Source of the DNA: Marsupella aquatica
Lineage: Eukaryota > Plantae > Marchantiophyta
Direction of reading: 5' to 3'
DNA: 64,000 nt
Assembly (NCBI GenBank): GCA_973895155.1
Contig: OZ316892.1
Coordinates: forward strand, 5,106,510 to 5,170,509
The notes below the pieces were generated by a model. The model made no database searches. It had not been told where the DNA came from and saw only the letters and a program-made list of their open reading frames with translations. Below are positions 36,315 to 50,112 of this stretch, piece after piece. Position 1 is the stretch's first letter, and each line of letters starts with the position of its first letter. A program made the translations under genes and the position numbers.

Positions 36315-37618
36315 TTAAAGTCCTCCTCCTTCAAATCTCCATTCAAAAAAGGCAATTTTCACATCCAAGTCAGGATCCAAGTGATACACTATCCAACCAT
36401 TTTGTGCGGCTAGTGCAATCAGAGCTCTCATTGTCTCCCATTTCACTACTGGTGCAAAAGTTTCATCAAAGTCTATTCCCTCGTTTTGCTCAAAGCCTCT
36501 TACAACCAATCTGGCTTTGACGAGCCCTTTTAATTTGTGAAGCCACTTTGTTGTGATGGGAGTCATACCTTAAGGAGTCATACCTTAAGCTCTTTCTTCA
36601 TAGCCGTCGTCCATGCAAGAGATTTTGCAGCTTCCTCATAAGTACATGGTTCAACCAGGTGTGATCAGTTTTCAGGTGAGCCAAGAAAACCTATTACCTG
36701 AGAATGGTACTTCATAGTCATCGAGGTACAAAGGCCTTCTTGTAATTCTTTGAGACAACCTGGTCGCAGGCATATCTACGGAGGAGATTGATTGAATGTC
36801 GAAGTAGATTCTGCTGAATCTGGTGGTACCTGGTGTTGTGAATTTTCTTGCAGACCAATGTCATTTGTAGCCCCATCCTCAGCATCATTGTTGGTGGCAG
36901 TGCCAGAAGTGGGGCTTACCATCGTGTTCAGTTGTGGCATCAGTAGCCTCATCATCAATATCGTTAGCAGCAGCATCTGCATCAAATTGAGTAATTTCCT
37001 CCTCTGAGGCACATGGGGCGATGACCGGGGGAATGTAGGAGAGACCTGAAAGAATAAACTAATGGATCAAAAGAAAAGGTGGGGCTAACTGAGAAGTAAT
37101 ATTGGGGAGGAGAAGAGCTTACTAGCGAAGAAAGGCTCCTGGAAGGAAATTCAGACTCAATTGAATTTGACATCTCGACTAATACGAATTTTTTGAGTCT
37201 GCCAGTCATAGAGACGAAATGCCTTACTGCGAGACCCATAGCCTACAAAGATAAGACAGTTTGACATCTCTGTTTCTCAAGGAAACGATGAGAACCTGCA
37301 CCATGAGAATTGAGTGAGCGCAACAACAGAAGATGGCGTAACTGGATTTGTGGGGGCACATGAGCTGTGATTTCCAATGGAATGCTTTAATGAACTGCAA
37401 GGACCAGCGAGTGGAGCCCAACAAATAGACCCCACCCAGAGAGGGAGACCAGACAAGACCACAAACACTGCTCCTAAACTTAAGGCGCAGGAGATCACAG
37501 ATGATGAGCTAAGCATACCTAACATAAACTAATTATACAATCAGAAAGATTACCTAAAGGTGAAAACAGTAAACAGTAACTATCTACTTTTGGTGTGTCA
37601 CAAAGTAAAGTTCCAACA
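36315..37618 (-). mobile_element. Internally deleted copia remnant (LTR ~37290-37618, integrase C-terminus, RT N-terminus)
   Basis: rc TGTTGGAACTTTACTTTGTGACACACC matches the LTR at 35403. Protein motifs KAFRLYDWQTQKIRISRDVKFN and KARLVVRGFEQNEGIDFDETFAPVVKWETMR. Confidence 0.85.
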
Positions 37619-38500
37619 TGAACTCCTGAGGATCCATGATAGTGGATAGCTACACAACAATTGCTGCTAAATGCTTCATGAGCATAGCGATGGTGGAGGC
37701 AGCTGGGATGCACAACAAGTTGTCTCCCACTATGGGTTTTGGTGTGTAAAAATAATAAGTTGAACTACCTCTGTAGCAGTTCGAACCAGGGTTAACAAGT
37801 ACAGGTCGGAATAGCAGGGAATCAATGGTGATTAGAAATTGGATGGAAGTAAGCTTTCAGGCCTCCATATCACCGCCTCTATTTTGGGTTTAGGGGCCAA
37901 ATTCTGGAGATGCTCTAAGTAGGGGAAACAAGGAACATTTGAGTCTTATTTATTTGTTCGTGAAATGAAATGGGCGACAATTGTGCTTGCTCATCTCATT
38001 TCAGTTGCCATCATAATGCTTGTAATGTAAGAAGTGGTGTATTTCTTGTATACACCACTCTATATCAAGGCTAGCTGCCTGTCCTAAACGCACTACTAAT
38101 CAAAGTGATTTCTCAAACTGATCAGGAGAAATTTGTAAGTGACAGCCGTTCTCAGCATTGGCTACCAATCCTGTCTATTGTAAGCTTTGGATTCAGTGGA
38201 TGTATATACAATTAGCGATAGATTTAAGCTAGAGTGCGGTAAGGTTTCCACCAGCATTAATTCTTACCGTCGGTGGTGGTTCCTTGGGGCTTCTACACAA
38301 TTGGAGATGAAATCTACACAATTGGAAATAAATCGTCTCCTCTTAGATGTACTGAATCAACATTTCGTACTCCGGCCTTGTCTGCTAGCTGCTTCGAACA
38401 TTCAGCACTCTTGACAATTTGGGCTTTACCACACTGACATGAGAACTGTCACTCTTAAAAGCTGCCTTGGAGAATGAAGTATCGGCCATGAAGAGCCTTG

Positions 38501-41157
38501 CTAGAAGAAATTCTGGCCTTCAAAAGATTGGCCAAACCGCCAATAGCGAGGAACCACATTGTAGGATTCGACAACATGGCCGTCACTTGCAGTCACTTGG
38601 AATGACAATACCACCCCAGCCAAGGCTCTGTCGTGGATGGACCAGAACTGGCCCCAGTTCCTGTACATGTACATCCAGCCGGTGTTGGGACCTTTCACTG
38701 AGACGGAGCGGACGTCTCCCGCCCCAGCAACGTTTGTGAGGAGCACCATGAACGCCCAGGGGTTCCCATTCATGGTGAAGTGGATGCCTCCTCCTCTCTG
38801 GCATCTCACCCTGCACATTTCAACAGACAGTTTATCAGCCCGGTGGGTATCACTTGAGCGCCATCGTAGCTCTTTACTGCCTTGAATCCAATCCCATCAT
38901 TGGATGCATACGTGCAGGATTGCACAAAACAGCAATTCACCTTTTAGTATGCGGGGTCCTGTTGTCTACAGTAAGTAAAACGAGTAAATTTCAGTTTCTC
39001 AGAAGCCAGCGGGTTGTCCGTTCTGCTATTGAGAAGGGCAGGGTTTTCGTGTTCATATCCAAATCATTATTCTCGAAATACCGAATTTTGGGGAGCTCTT
39101 GCACCCTGATTTTCTCAGCAAGGACTTCAAACATGATTCGACTACTCGCGATGAGGCCGATATCTGTTAAGTGCATTGAAATAGGCACAAATCGATCTAA
39201 GCGTAAGCAAGTTCTTTCTTGAACGGTTATTTTGGTCCCTCTGCATTGTTTATTTTGATTCAGAGTTAGGACAGCATGGTCACGAGCAACGGAAGGTGGG
39301 TATGCAGGTCAGGTCATGATCATGATCGCTGGTCATGATAGATCCATCGTTGATTGTGTCTATCATTTCCGTTCGAGCTGATAACTCGAGCAAGTCGTAC
39401 CCAGTTTGGTGCCAACCATGATGATACAATCGACAGAAATACCTAGTCAACCGCGAAGCACCAGTAGCTCAACATCCGGTGTACTTGCACCTACTCACAC
39501 GCACGTCCCTCCTGAATGGCGGTAGTCTACGTTCGAAGATTGAGGCAAGGAGCTTCTCTGTATCTGCGGTGCAACTTTCGTCTAAAGACTTGAAAGCTCT
39601 TCATCTCATTTAACTCCGGTCTGAACTTTCCTTCTTGCACCTTCTTTCGTAATCAAACAATGCAGAGAAGAGAGGATAAGTCCAATGCAGCCTGAAGAGA
39701 TCATATAGCATTAGCGATACCCTGACTGATGCCTTCAAACAAAGGGCCAATCAGTCGTGCACATTGATGCTGGAGGCTCACTCTGCGATTGCAAAACTTA
39801 CGGTCAGTAGTGTTGAGTACATAATTAACGCTCTTTAAGGGTGACACCCGCACAATTTCGGTCTGTATCTCTGCGATGCATTTATGTGTAAGAGGTGCAC
39901 TGGGCCATTACCAAGTCTGCACTCGAACAACAGAGTTTGCCCTTCAAACGAAGTTCTGCCCATTACCAAGTCGGAGTGGACAACAAAAGCTCCAGGTTCA
40001 CTCTTCAATGGAGGCGTACTATCCGGTGATAATGTTGATTTATTACTACATATGCACGAAGCTGAACAGGATCGACGTTAATCATTCCCAGCCAGGTTCT
40101 CTAGTTCATTAGGAATGGTCTAAAAACTTATACAATGATTGTATAGGACTTGCAAAACTTGTATCCTGACCTCGTAAGTCCTCGTAGAAAAGGCTCAAAT
40201 GACAAAGGGAGACTCATTGGGCAATGCAACCGTAGACAGAGTTCGTGACTGAGGTCTCCACCGATGTGATCGAATCTTGAGCTTCGGGGAGGATTTAGTA
40301 TATCGAAATCACATTGAGACTCCGAGTAAGGCTCACTTAAATCAGATCAATTGGTATTTACCATCTGCAACGATATAACAGGACCACAAGATTTGGCAAT
40401 CATACCTTCTATACAGCACGGGGACTATGCCTGCTCGGTACACAGCGATCTGTTGGAAAGCAGGTTGTGACATGTCGAAGTGCTGCAAAGGGTAGTTGCA
40501 CCAGCCACCAGCGTTGTTGGGATGCGCGTGGTTTTGGGGGCAGAAGTTGGTTGCGGTGATCTGGATAGAACGCTGGCCGTAGAGACACCATCTCTGGGAG
40601 TTGCATTTGATCTCAAAACAAGCACCACAACTGAGTCCATTGTCGAAGAGAGTGGTGCTCAAAGCTGCTGTGTGAGTCCCGTAACCAGTGTGGTAGAGAT
40701 TCCCATATCCACACGCTCCACCTGATTTCATTTCAATCCAAATTTACAAATTCAAGCATGTTAAGATCTTACTGAAAGCTGAACAACCTCAGGTGGTTTC
40801 TAGGCTGAAGACCGCAACTTAGAAATGACCGCTTCTTTCAATGCATCTCACAACGAGTTTCCAGGAACGGAATCTACAATTATTACTGAGAGGCTCCTAC
40901 AAATACTTTAGTCCAGTCGATGTTGAATCAATGTGGTCAACCACAGCACCTTAACCTCAATTGTAACTATAACTCACTTGCTTCTCGTATATTACGAAAG
41001 AAGATTTGTAAAACGCACCTTGTGTGCCTGTCGCGTCAGAGCCGCCATAGAATGTGGCATGCGCTTGTTGCCAGCCGTGTGCAGTGGTGAACATGTAACC
41101 CAGGCTCACAAGCGCCACCAAAAACAGCCTCGTTTCCCTCCCAAAACCGCACGACAT
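38501..41157 (-). CDS. EXPA: alpha-expansin; exons 41157-41019, 40721-40406, 38810-38501 (254 aa)
   Basis: Signal peptide, [59 protein letters not shown] introns join in frame (765 nt). Confidence 0.96.
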
Positions 41158-44100
41158 CCTGTGAGCCAGAGGAGGAAATCAAACAAATTATTTTAAGCAT
41201 GGTCGCTTCAGACAGAGGCAAAATGTTCAATCCAAACATGAAACGAACAATCCTGTAGCCAACGCCTCTGTCTTCATAAGAAATCAAAAATGTCGTATGC
41301 GATTCTAGGCTTGGGTTATAATTCTCGAGATTCTGAGCAAGAAATCTGAGATTGTTCTTCAACAGACGAACTGGCTTGCCTCTCCCTGACCAAGAGAGTT
41401 GCTCATTGAATGTTATAATTCACTAGAACTTAGCAACAGGACAGCAGTAGCAGCCGTATACTACAGAGTCAGTGAATGGTGTAGTAAGTTGGAATCACAT
41501 AACCATGAAAACGTACTTCAAACATTTTGACCGTCCAGACTGTGAACATCTATCCCTCCAAACATTTCCTCATCAGTGTGCATCACTTCTGGGCCTCGCA
41601 GTCCAAGCAGCATACTCTAGTTAAGTGACCAAGCTGAATTTCACAGTGGCACATGGATGCGTTTATTTGACTTGAGGTGACTAGACCTGCAGAGGGGTTG
41701 TTGTAGACTAGAACTTGGGCCAAAAGAGCGACGCCATTAAGTTCATCTCAGTCTTCGACGGTGACTACTCGATGAGTGCCTCAAAGATTGTGGAAGGCTG
41801 GAAATCTGGGGTCTTACGTTTTATACAGGAGACGGCGAGGCTTGTAGTATTCGACCGAGATTCAAAGCAAACAGTATAAGACTCCCGGTAGATACATGTC
41901 CTTCTTTCGCACAAAGCGGAAGCCAAATCTTCAGGTTGAATCACTCACAATCCAGGAACTGCACATAAATCTTAGCCCAAAAATTGGGAGCTAGTACAGT
42001 TGCTATGACGAATTTCCGAGAATCTATATTCACATCGAGAAATTGAACTCTCTGAGACCTTTGGACTCTGACTAGCTAACGCCGACATTCTTCAAAAAAT
42101 TCTAGTCTCTTACGCTCCAGATGATCCTCTCTTCGATGCTATTGCTCACTGCAGACGATACCGTCGAACTCCTTGTTGGTCTCTGCAACCGAGACCCTGT
42201 CAACGAGCTCCAGATCGCCTCCAGCCAGCTGACAAGCTTGTTTGCCTACACCTGAGCGCTGCAATCATCCGCAGCTTATATGCGCAACTTGCGTGGTCGT
42301 AGCCGGATCTGAGGATCTCTGCAAAGAGAATGATGAATCAATTTGCTGATGAGCTAAAGCCAGGTCTCCATTAATGAGACAAGGCCAGGCAGATCGATCG
42401 TCAGAGGAGCAGGGAACGTCGGCCCTCGTTGAGTCGTTGTCGATCGTTACCCACCCCACGAGCGAAAATTAAACAACTTCGACTGGTCGACAAATCACAT
42501 TCAATATCCGTCGATCGCTTGATCGATCAGCTGGGAGTATATCTCCACCCGGTAGTTGAGACGTTACCTGCCGACCGGTAAGAACTCGATATATTGAACT
42601 GACGGAGGAGGTCGCGCGCGACTGGAATGATGATGATACATTGCTCCAAGACAGCGACTACCAGCAATCAAGCTCAACATTCAGCGCGCAGCCTAATATA
42701 TTGTTCAGGTCCCTCCGAACCACCGTAGACGAGAAAGGAAGTCCTTCGCGGTCTGGTCCGCTCTCCGCTGCAATGCACGGCCTTCTAGCTAGCCGTCACT
42801 TCACAACGACAGAGACATGCACACTCATCACCGCTCACGTTTTATCGTAAATCGCTTTCGACGATATCTCCGGATTTATGCTAAGGGTTCATTGTCAGCA
42901 GACAATTAGGTGCCTGAGCTGAACGTGGCAATCCCGTCGAGCAAGTGGCCCAATTAATAGTTGCACTTTTCTGGATTTCGAGCACCTGCTTTTCAGTAGT
43001 CCGAGCTCTTGATCAACAACAATGCGCAATTGGAACCAGAATACGTACTCTATTCTAGAACCTGCAGTGGTGCCGAAAAATGCATGATCGAGTTCCTGGA
43101 AATCCAGCTTGGTTGTTCATTCTTCGCCGCCTTTACTAGTGATCAAACTGAAATATGAGACGGTCCCTCATTCTACTAAAGAACTGTGATTATAAAGCAT
43201 CTTGCATGACCAGAAAAGTACACCGAGACCCATCTAATATCAAGAACGTTCTTCCGAGACTCTCTTGTTCAGGGAAATTGTAAATTTAAGTACTGCAGGA
43301 GAGAATTAGTTACTGTACTGTAGTAAGCTCCAGCCGAGTACTCCAGCTGCATGAGTACTACAACAAAGTCCTCCACCTGAGTACGTAGTGTTCTGAAATT
43401 GTATATTTTCAGATTGTGATTCATGCTCGATCTGTTGTCTCATTCAACTGTCGCTATCAGTTAATTATTGTTCAGGATTCACGTCATCGGATAGTGAATC
43501 CCACGACAGTATACTTAGATACAAGGGCAACAGCATTCTCACCTCCGATACGATATCAATATATGCATCTCGATGTTGCCCACTTGCATTGCCTTGAAAC
43601 AATAAGAACAATGTCAGTGGGAGGATTGTGTTCGCTTTTCGAACGCTCTCGAAACTCATGGAACAGAATTAAGTGTAAGCTCTTTTACAAGCAATCAAAT
43701 CCATCCCTTCAATACCCCGTAAATCCGTTCTCAAAAAATCGTTCATTTACTTGCGGAGCTCGGATAATATGCAGGCACGTACTCCATCGAACTACATTCA
43801 CGTGTTTCTATTGAAAATCATAGCCCGGGAAAGAGGTTCGGTCAATACAGAATTTCAGGCTCTGGATTCAGTCTTGAATTGATTCTGGTTGCAGGAAATT
43901 TTATCATAAAATGGTAACGTCCTGCAGGTGGGCGTCGGCCTGTATGGCGTACTACCGATTTTCCGAGGTACGTGACAAGGATATCTCCGGTACACATATT
44001 ACTGCGGCAATCGACACCGATGGAGACTTGGAGATTGAAGCGGGTGGTACTACGTAGCTAGCCGAAAGGTGACCATTTCTTTCGCAATCTATGGTTGTTG

Positions 44101-47100
44101 GTGTGTGTAAAGTACTGTATAGCTGCGATGGATTGTTGAAATTCGTATTCTCTTCCTTGGCCTACGATTATACTATCAACGTTGGTGTTTGAAGAATCTT
44201 TACGCTTTGGTGCTCTGGTGTGCCGTAGGTACGTATAAATGTATCCTGTGGCACCACGTACCACGCCATACCTGTGGTGGAGTGCCAGTCAGTGGGCACA
44301 CAGGATCCATCTCCTGCCCGTCTCTTCCCGCCGCATATGAATTAAAAGTCAAATCATTGAACATGATTTCGTGCTATTCATAACAATTTCGGTAGTTAAT
44401 TAACATGATCTGGTCGTTGATGCAATTCAGCACATTGAAGCCCAGTGCAAGCTTTATTTGGCAAGCTACTGTGTTTTTCCCTTAAAACCTAAATTCAGTC
44501 AGTCGGGAGGCCTCGATTTACAGCCTCGGAGTTGCATCGATCGTCGCACAAGCAAGATTTCAATTCAGCAAGTAAACACCATGAAATTACAGTTTTTTGT
44601 ATGATTACTAAAGACACGTTGATTAGATCGTCACACAATCGAGACTTCAGTTCAGCCTTTCAGGGAGCCCAGTGTCATTAGATGTAATTAGTACGATGAT
44701 TACTACAATGGATTCATCCGCGCGAGGATTATGAAAAGGAGACTTCAATCCAGCACATCAGGGTCGAGATCAGGGTGCCTATCACCTTAGGATTCCTTCA
44801 GGATGATTAGGACAGGGTGGATTCTAGCATCCCAAAAATTATTGGAACTTCTTTTCAGCCAGTCAGAAAACAATAGCTAAAATTATGGCGGGTTCTATGA
44901 AGCAGATGGAAAACTAACGGGACTTTCATTCCGAAGCCAGAAGATCTGCAATACGAAGAAGTAATCTCCCTCACATTACTGTCAAATCTCGATGGACGCA
45001 GTACTTTGATGTGAAGCAGAGGGACCAAGCAGGGACAATGATGGAAAGCGATCATGGCCAAATGGGTTGATTATTGTTTGACACCGTCTGCTCCAAGGCA
45101 CCTCCTCCTGTTACATTCTCGATCTTCTTTATCGATCTGTCTGTCCCAGAATAGTGAGATCACCTGGCAGGTGGAAACACAGACCAATTGCATCACGCTC
45201 GTTTCTTGAATATCATTTGCAGGAGCTAGGGTCTCTCTCACTTGGTCTTCGAGCGTACTACCTTTGTGATGGACAGTGGCTGAAGGCATCAGTCTCCCTC
45301 ATTCTTCTTCCTCGTGGTTACTGGGAGGACGTAGCTTGATTTACAAGCAAAGGTAGAACTACCGTAGCCATCCATAAGCATACAAACTGAGTACGAGACC
45401 CGGCATCTGTTGCAATCGGACAAAAACTAGGACGTAACTTTGTTCACATGCAAGGAAATTACTGGATCGAGCCATGCAGCTGCATACACAATTGAGTACG
45501 AGACCCGGCATGTGTTGGAATCGGAGAAAACGTAGACCGTCAAGCACGGCGTGCACTGGCTCGACAAGACAGTAGTCAGTAGGTACATGCTTGTTGATAG
45601 CTGGACCTGAACCTAAACAGAATGACCGGCAGGGCCCGGATTGGAGTCAAATAAGATGCTATGAATTGTGGTTGAAGAGAGCTATCCCAACGGAAAGCAG
45701 CAGAGAAGTGGGGACCAGCCGTACCATCTCCGATCCGCCGGTTTAATTAGAAAGGGCTCCCAACCAGGCATGGAATCCATCTACAGCATCGATTTCAGTC
45801 AACCTATTCAGTTCGATCAGTGCGTTGCCTCTCGTATGTAGGTACAGTACATGTAATTCTCAGAAGCTCAGACCATAACGTTATAACCTCATGTGGGCTC
45901 GGGTCCTGGCCTAACATATTGTATTTAAAACTTAAACTCCAGCTCAGCACTGTCAACTACTGCGATGATAGCCTGTGCAAGCTAAGGTGATGGGCTTCGT
46001 ATATAATTAGAACCTGTTCTCATCTGAACCTTCATTGTCGACTTGGGTACGTGGTAATCCTTCGCAAGTACTACCTTAATGACTGGATTTGAATTTGGTT
46101 CGGTTATTTAGAATTATGGACCAAGCAATCTATGGGAATCTGAAGTCGGGTTCCAATAATTCTCTCATCAACCTTAGAGCATTTTAGCCCGGACCTGAGG
46201 TGTGAAGAATATTTATTTATTCACTTGTGAGCCTATTACTTTATCATCATGTCATTACCCGCCGTTTCACTCTATCTCAGTTGCAGCAGCAATCATTCCA
46301 GAGGAGGTTCAGGCTAAATGCATGATCATTTCCCGGATCATTCTCATGAGAAAGCCTACTCTGCGCCTCCCTCCCCGTCAACTACAGACGACAGTCATGT
46401 CCTTTTTGCAAATTCAGCAGCAAGAAATTTTTTTTGCCTCTGTTACTCAGTTTTACGAGTAAGCTGGATTAGTGATAGGATTGACGTAACTGGTTGTCCG
46501 GCTGCTTCCCTGTATTAATTGAACTAGCAGATCTTACCTACAGCCTCACCCCATCTGTGAGCTAGGGATGCCCACGAAAATGTAGCACTAACTTTACTGT
46601 TTGCTTGTATCTTGTTAACCCAGCTTAGATCGATGCCAACCATAGACAGACTTATTGTGCCTAGAGATGTTACTGTAGCATGTTATTGTGCCGGTCCGAA
46701 TGTGAGCTGAAAATACAAAACACATATGATGAGGTTGATCATCATTCTAGCTAGCAACAATCGAAGGGATGGTATGATTCAATGAATGGTTGCTGGTTTC
46801 ATCCCACTCCACAGAAGAGATCCACCTCCCTGTAATTCAATAGGTAAAGATCAGCTTCAGTTGAAACAGAACTCGAGAGAGAAAATTAATGCAGTGTCTA
46901 ATAATCTAATGGGCTGCCCATAGAAGCAGCCATCCACCACACGTACTACATTTCCTAAACTCGACTGTCGTGCTTCTGCTGAGCCATCAAATTGATGCAC
47001 AATCATCTCCTGGTGAAATTAGTGGTACCAGACACTTGCTTGACTGTGGTACTGTAAGTTAGTTCAGTAAAGTTGTAAGGACTGTATTTTTCCTAAGCCG

Positions 47101-49816
47101 TATCAGCCAGTGACCGCAGTCACGATCAGTGGCCTTTTCTGTGCTGCATTTGAGGTGACCTTAGTGCATCATAAAAACGCCCATAAAATAATAAAATAAT
47201 TGTTTCGCAGGATCTTTTCACAACACAGGAAAATATTTGAGTGAAATTTGGGGCGTTTTATCTGCAAAGAAAACACAGACTAAACAGACAGATGAGTGAA
47301 ACATTCAGAAAAGTACTTTAGCTGCATATTTATGCATGTTCCATATTGGTACCTAGGTTGGACCCACATACTGACTGCGTGGTTTCACCACGTACTTCAG
47401 TAGCAGTGATTCATATCAGTGCAGTTAACATCAATGGTAAAGTGATTCACAGCACTGTAAAACGTGGTACACAAAATAGCCTCACTGCAGTTTGCATTTT
47501 GGGTTTGGGCAAGAGAAGAAGATCCCAATCATGGAACATACCCTATCCCAAGCAGGACTTGTACTAAGGTTGGAGATGAGCTTTGCAACTCATAGCCAAA
47601 GAACAAAAGTGCCGCATAGGGAGACAAGATCCCATAGGCAAGAGAGGCATGACTTTGTGGTAGCTCACTTGAATTGAGACTCATAGGTCTTGGGTTCAAC
47701 TGTTGTGGCTGACACTTCCCAACTATTGTGGTTGACTCTTCCCTTTCTGTGGGGTTTCACAGATTTCCCTTTAAAAAAAACAAAAAAACAAAAAAAAAAG
47801 ATCCCATAGGCAGTGAACCCCAAACAGGAGAGAAAACAAAGTAAAAGTCAAGAACACCAACTAAGAGCCAATTCAAAAAAGCCCAAGAGTTCTTACAAAT
47901 GCCGACAATTCACTCCAATACACACCCTGCCTCTCCCCAGGCAACAAGCAATTACTTCAACAAAAACCAAAAACAAAAAAGTGCTCTTATCATTGTGCTA
48001 ACTCTCTCATTTCGTGCCTGTGATCAAGAAGGACCTGTAATGCATTTCAAGCTATCGAATGTATGCTTTGTTCATGAGGTTCAATTTTTAATTTTTTTAT
48101 GTTTTTTTTGTTTTGTTTTGTTTGTGAGGTTCAATGATGTGGACATCATTCAAAACTTTAATTGAAGACGAGAAGGAGATCACTTCAACACTTTTCCATA
48201 TCATTTTGCCCATTGGCAATTTGGGACAGCTGATTCAGGCATCCATTCAAAAACATGATTGTACTTTGACCAGCAGTAATTTAGACATTGGTGCATTGTG
48301 GATCTATAAATGGTGTCTGCCTTTGCAAGGACAATTTATATAAGCAAACAACGAGATCAGGTAAAGGTACGAATGTAATTTTCCAGGAAATTATCTTGGT
48401 TTGGATCCAAATCTGGTTGGCAGCTAGGATTTGCCACCACAACCTGGGTTTGGATTCAAGCCTTTTACATGGTAAGTAATCTTTTCATTGGGAGCAATGT
48501 GTTGAGTGAATATTGACACATCACACTAAGTGGGCAAAAGTTGGGAAAACGTTTTGGAAGAAGAAAATACGAGTGTCACAGGTTATGATACTACAGACTG
48601 GACACTTGGGACAACTATTTGGGTAGAGGAGATGGTTTAGTGTCTTGAATCATGTCCAAGGGGCTGGACAGTATTGAAGAGTCCTCAAGTACATTTTGAG
48701 AATTTGAAAGCAACAAGGAATTTAGAGGCTTGAGTGTGTCTGGGCCAACTCCAACAGCAAGCTAAGTAATGATTTTTTTGTTTATTTTCTAATTTCCAAA
48801 GTCTAACACCTTATTTGGGCTATTGGCACCAGACGGCCTATTGGCACCGGACGGAACTGATGGCATAAAGATATAGATGCAAAACCAGTCATTTTCCATA
48901 ATATTTGCAATCCTAACCAGTAGACAACTAGAAAATACATAGTCTTGTGTGCATCTTGAAAATTAGACAACTAGAAATTAAAATAGAAAACTAGACAAGC
49001 AGATATGCATACCGTTCCAATTTTCATAAGTCTACAGCTTTGAAGGTATATTTAATTTTTCCTTGGGATGGAGCCACAAGCTCGGATGGGTTCACCTCCA
49101 TCTAAAACCTACAGACTGTGATGGGTCCCATAATACTCTTTGCATGAAACTAAAATGCAGTCCATGTTGTCTTGGCTCAAATTCATGTTTATGTACACCC
49201 TTGTGTCTAAGTGCAGGCTCCTAGGAAGACACCTCAAACCTGCACTGACCCTCTATATACATTGTTAAGTGCACAGATATGTTTTACACATTTCTCCATG
49301 GTTGCACTACGCAATAAGAGCATGGGAAAATCGCTCATGTACTTTTTCACATGTTGTCAAGTCACACACATTGAACTCCTCATATCTTGAGCCCACATAC
49401 TACACAACCAACAGGATATTATGTGCATGAAACTATCTTATGTAATTTTCTGCCACAATTATCAATAAATGCTTGTTCTGTATGTATCATACTAACTGAT
49501 AAATGTATATGTGCACTTATAGATGAAAATGTACTTATGTATTTGTCATTTAGTGAAAGCCGACCTGTACTTATACAAGGTGCATTTTAATCATCCCAAG
49601 TCCCTGTTTACGTAGATCCAAGCCAAGTTTAGAAATACTATCCCAGAAAAAGGTTTGAAATGGAATAGCATGTGAGCTTCTAGCTCAGCCAGGATGACAT
49701 CGATTAAAATTGAAAAACTATATAAAAGGCATTTTAGAATCCTATCGGAGCTTATAGGTTTGGCTGGGAAATCCATCCGAGCCCACGAGTCGGGGGGTAA
49801 CATTAGGGTTGTGCTG

Positions 49817-49824
49817 TAGGGTTT
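49817..49824 (+). promoter_or_regulatory. Telo-box upstream of the ribosomal protein gene
   Basis: TAGGGTTT (rc AAACCCTA), with a second TAGGGTT at 49804; typical of plant translation-machinery promoters. Confidence 0.55.
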
Positions 49825-50112
49825 CGTCGCTCCTCTGGAGAGTTTAGGTTTTAGAAACTCCATAGCCGAAATTTGGATCGCCTCTCAGTCTTTGCGCTCC
49901 GCTTGCTGCAGTCTGGCGTTTGGAATCTCGATCAGGCGGCGATCAATAGTGCGGCATTCTTTTGGAATTGCTTCGTCAAGAGGCGAGGCGAAATCTGCCA
50001 GCCCAGTGAAAGAAAGCAGAGGAATTCCTTTCTGGGTTTGGGGAGCGTGCCCGTGGAGCAATTTCGGAAGACAGCCATCCATCACCGCAATTCACAGCTC
50101 GACGTAGCAGCC

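Noticed and set aside
41200-49700. Many short ORFs between expansin and RPP1
   Set aside because: No recognisable motifs or consistent exon chain; treated as intergenic/UTR sequence.
49873-50112. N-terminal extension of RPP1 suggested by the ORF track
   Set aside because: It starts at a non-ATG codon, and the conserved P1 sequence starts at ATG 50113 in good context (GCCATG).
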